In this document: positions 60,717 to 64,000 of the stretch, piece by piece
Numbering within the stretch: position 1 is the stretch's first letter
Layout of the letters: every line of letters starts with the position of its first letter
Assembly: GCA_963749265.1 (NCBI GenBank)
Contig: CAVVML010000016.1
Span: 73,000 to 136,999, forward strand
From: an uncultured Acidobacteriota bacterium
Lineage (GTDB): Bacteria > Acidobacteriota > Thermoanaerobaculia > UBA5066 > Gp7-AA6
Direction: 5' to 3'
DNA: 64,000 bases
Program-made: the position numbers and the translations under genes
The notes under the pieces: generated by a model
Told to the model about the DNA's origin: nothing
What the model saw: only the letters and a program-made list of their open reading frames with translations
Database searches by the model: none

Positions 60717-61411
60717 ATGAGGGTTCTCGTCGTCGAGGACGAACAGCGCATCGCGCAGTTCCTCCGGAAAGGGACTGACCGAGAAGGGCTACGCGGTCGA
60801 AACCGTCGGCGACGCCGACGCGGCGCTCGAGAAGATCGTCGCGAGCCCTCCGGACCTGATCATCCTGGACCTCCTGCTCGAGGGCTCGCGCGACGGCCTC
60901 GAGCTCTGCCGCGAGCTCCGCGACCGCGGCGTCGCGCGCCAAGATCCTGATGCTGACCGCGCGCGACACGATCGAGAACAAGATCGAGGGTCTGGATGCC
61001 GGCGCCGACGACTACCTCGTCAAGCCGTTCTCCTTCCGCGAGCTCATGGCGCGCATGCGCGCGCTCCTGCGGCGGACGGAGGTCGTGCCGCCCGGGCCCC
61101 TCGTCTTCGAGGACCTCTCGTACGAGCCGGAGTCCCGGGAGGTCACGCGCGCCGGCGAGACGGTGCGCCTGACGGTGCGCGAGGGCGCCCTCTTCGAGCT
61201 CCTCCTGCGCCGGCGCGGCAAGGTCGTCTCGCGGTCCGAGATCCAGGCGCGCATCTGGGAGGACTCCTTCGACCTCTCGACGAACATCATCGACGTGTAC
61301 ATCAACGCCCTCCGCAAGAAGATCGACGGCGGCGAGCGCGAGCGGCTGATCCAGACGGTCCGCGGCGTCGGCTACCGCGTGCGCGAGCCGGGCGCCGGTC
61401 CGGCGGCCTGA
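60717..61411 (+). CDS. OmpR-family response regulator (frame-interrupted)
   Basis: MRVLVVEDEQRIAQFL..PDLIILDLLL (receiver). ORF 60950..61411 has MLTARD..GADDYLVKPFSFRELMARMRALLRR and the winged helix ..IDVYINALRKKID..IQTVRGVGYRV. Confidence 0.85.
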
Positions 61412-61427
61412 CGAGGCCGGCGCGTCC

Positions 61428-62312
61428 ATGAGCGGAGTCTTCTCCCGGCTCTTCGGTTCGAGCCGCTCCGAAGCCGAGGCGCCCTCGGAGCTGTCGGTCA
61501 TCGCGCGCCGGCTCGAGGGGACCGAGCGGCATCCGCTCCGCCGCATCCCGGCGGAGGGGCTGTCGGAGGAAGCGCCGCCGCGTCGTCGACCTGCTGAACA
61601 CGCGGCTCGACGCCCTCGCCGCGACGGAGAAGGAGCAGCATCAGTTCATCGCCGACGTCTCCCACGAGCTGCGCACGCCGCTGACCGTGCTCCGCGGCTC
61701 CCTCGAGGTGGCGCTCGAAGAGGAGCGGCCCGCGGAGGAGTACCGCGAGGCGATCGGAAACGCGCATCCTCGAGGTCCGGCACCTCGCGCGGATCTCGCA
61801 GAACCTCCTCTTCCTGACGCGCGGCGAGAGCGGGCGCGTCACGCTCTCGTTCGCCAACCTGGATCTCGGGCGGTTCGTCTCCGAGACCGTCCGGGACTTT
61901 GCGCCCGCCGCCGGCGACCGCGGACCTCGAGCTCTCGATCGAGGTGCCGGGGCTCCCGGTCTACGTCTTCGCCGACGCGGGACGCCTCCAGCAGGTGCTG
62001 CACAACCTGCTCGAGAACAGCCTTCGCTACACGGAGACCGGCGGCCGGATCGTCGTCCGCGTCGAATCCGGCGCCGGGCGAGGCGCGGATCGCGGTCGCC
62101 GACACGGGCGTCGGGATTCCCGGAGGCGGATCTGCCCTTCGTCTTCGAGCGGTTCTACCGCAGCAAGCGCTCCCGCGCGGCCAACCCCGGAGGCTCGGGC
62201 CTGGGCCTTTCGATCGTGCGCTGGATCGTCGAGGCCCACAAGGGGCGGGTCACGGTGGAGAGCACGGTCGGGAAGGGGGCCGACGTTCACGGTGCATTTG
62301 CCGGTGGTCTAG
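61428..62312 (+). CDS. Sensor histidine kinase without an obvious transmembrane segment (frame-interrupted)
   Basis: H-box FIADVSHELRTPLT, N-box LHNLLENSLRYT, G-boxes DTGVGIP and GGSGLGLSIV (ORFs 61428..61817, 61687..62376 and 61899..62312). The N-terminal roughly 60 aa are hydrophilic. Confidence 0.75.
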
Positions 62313-62388
62313 ACGAGTCCGAACATTCTCGTCTTTGATCCCTCCGCGCCGCGCGCCCCAGGCCCGTCACCTATAATCTGCCCCCCTC

Positions 62389-63571
<1,183 letters not shown>

Positions 63572-63611
63572 CGGCCGCGCACAAGAGAGCCGAGCCCCTA
63601 CAATAGAGACG

Positions 63612-64000
63612 ATGCGCATCGCCCTGACACTCGACCGGGACGCCGACCTCTCCGAGTCCAACGACTATCTCCGAAGCCTGACGCGAGGCCGGCGTGCCTC
63701 GCGAGGCGATCGAGGTCGTGACGCCGCTGTCGCCGGCCACGCGGCCCTTCGACGCGCTCCTGCTCGGCGGCGGCGTCGACGTGGACCCCGCGCGCTACGG
63801 CCGTTCGCCCCTCGACAACGGCACCGTCGAGGTGGATCCGGAACGGGACCGGATCGACTTCGCGCTCTTCGAGCAGGCCCGCCGCGCGGGCGCTCCGGTG
63901 CTCGGGATCTGCCGCGGGCTGCAGGTCGTCAACGTGGCGCTCGGGGGCACGCTCGTCCAGGACATCCCGGCGGAGCGGCCTTCGGACGTCGTCCACGCCC
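63612..64000 (+). CDS. Class I glutamine amidotransferase, peptidase C26 / gamma-glutamyl-GABA hydrolase family (5' part; runs off the window; frame-interrupted)
   Basis: [10 protein letters not shown].., [59 protein letters not shown]. Confidence 0.7.
   Translation, partial: MRIALTLDRDADLSESNDYLRSLTRGRRASRGDRGRDAAVAGHAALRRAPARRRRRRGPRALRPFAPRQRHRRGGSGTGPDRLRALRAGPPRGRSGARDLPRAAGRQRGARGHARPGHPGGAAFGRRPR

Noticed and set aside
62312-62337. GACGAG-10 nt-CTCGTC followed by TTT just after the histidine kinase stop, as a possible terminator
   Set aside because: The stem is only 6 bp with a large loop and a 3-nt T tract, which is too weak to list as a feature.

Overview
Very GC-rich bacterial chromosomal segment. 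The gene content (CSLREA-like beta-helix proteins, DUF4331, a TonB receptor with a carboxypeptidase-regulatory domain, many Tat or secreted enzymes) suggests an Acidobacteriota-like soil or sediment lineage, but that is inference only. I saw no rRNA, tRNA, CRISPR array, transposase, integrase or phage genes. The left 13.5 kb holds six head-to-tail paralogs (one truncated by the window edge) of a secreted beta-helix / IPT / Cys-rich SLH-like surface protein. They lie downstream of thrC, a TIGR03960-type radical SAM gene and queD on the same strand. The rest is mostly metabolic and housekeeping: rlmN, an osmoprotectant ABC transporter, fbp, a TonB-dependent receptor, ychF, amino-acid transporters, a three-subunit molybdenum hydroxylase, an RRM RNA-binding protein, an M1 aminopeptidase, sodC, a two-component pair and a thiolase. 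Almost every gene longer than about 0.6 kb can only be read by switching frame one or more times. Where I checked, the switch sits at a short G/C homopolymer. The assembly therefore looks indel-rich, and all CDS boundaries given are reconstructions across ORF-track fragments. The items most worth a second look: (1) the paralog array, with conserved ends and divergent cores; (2) a family of palindromic elements whose arms are tandem heptamers (GTTGAGY / RCTCAAC), with three intergenic copies and a related heptamer run inside rlmN; (3) a 4-hydroxybenzoyl-CoA-reductase-type molybdoenzyme with the extra four-Cys loop in its FAD subunit but no aromatic-pathway context; (4) a Zn-metallopeptidase-like plus ATP-grasp ligase pair; (5) a DUF4331 plus Tat ferritin-like module divergent from an ECF sigma/anti-sigma pair, with a 9-bp tandem repeat at the sigma start codon.
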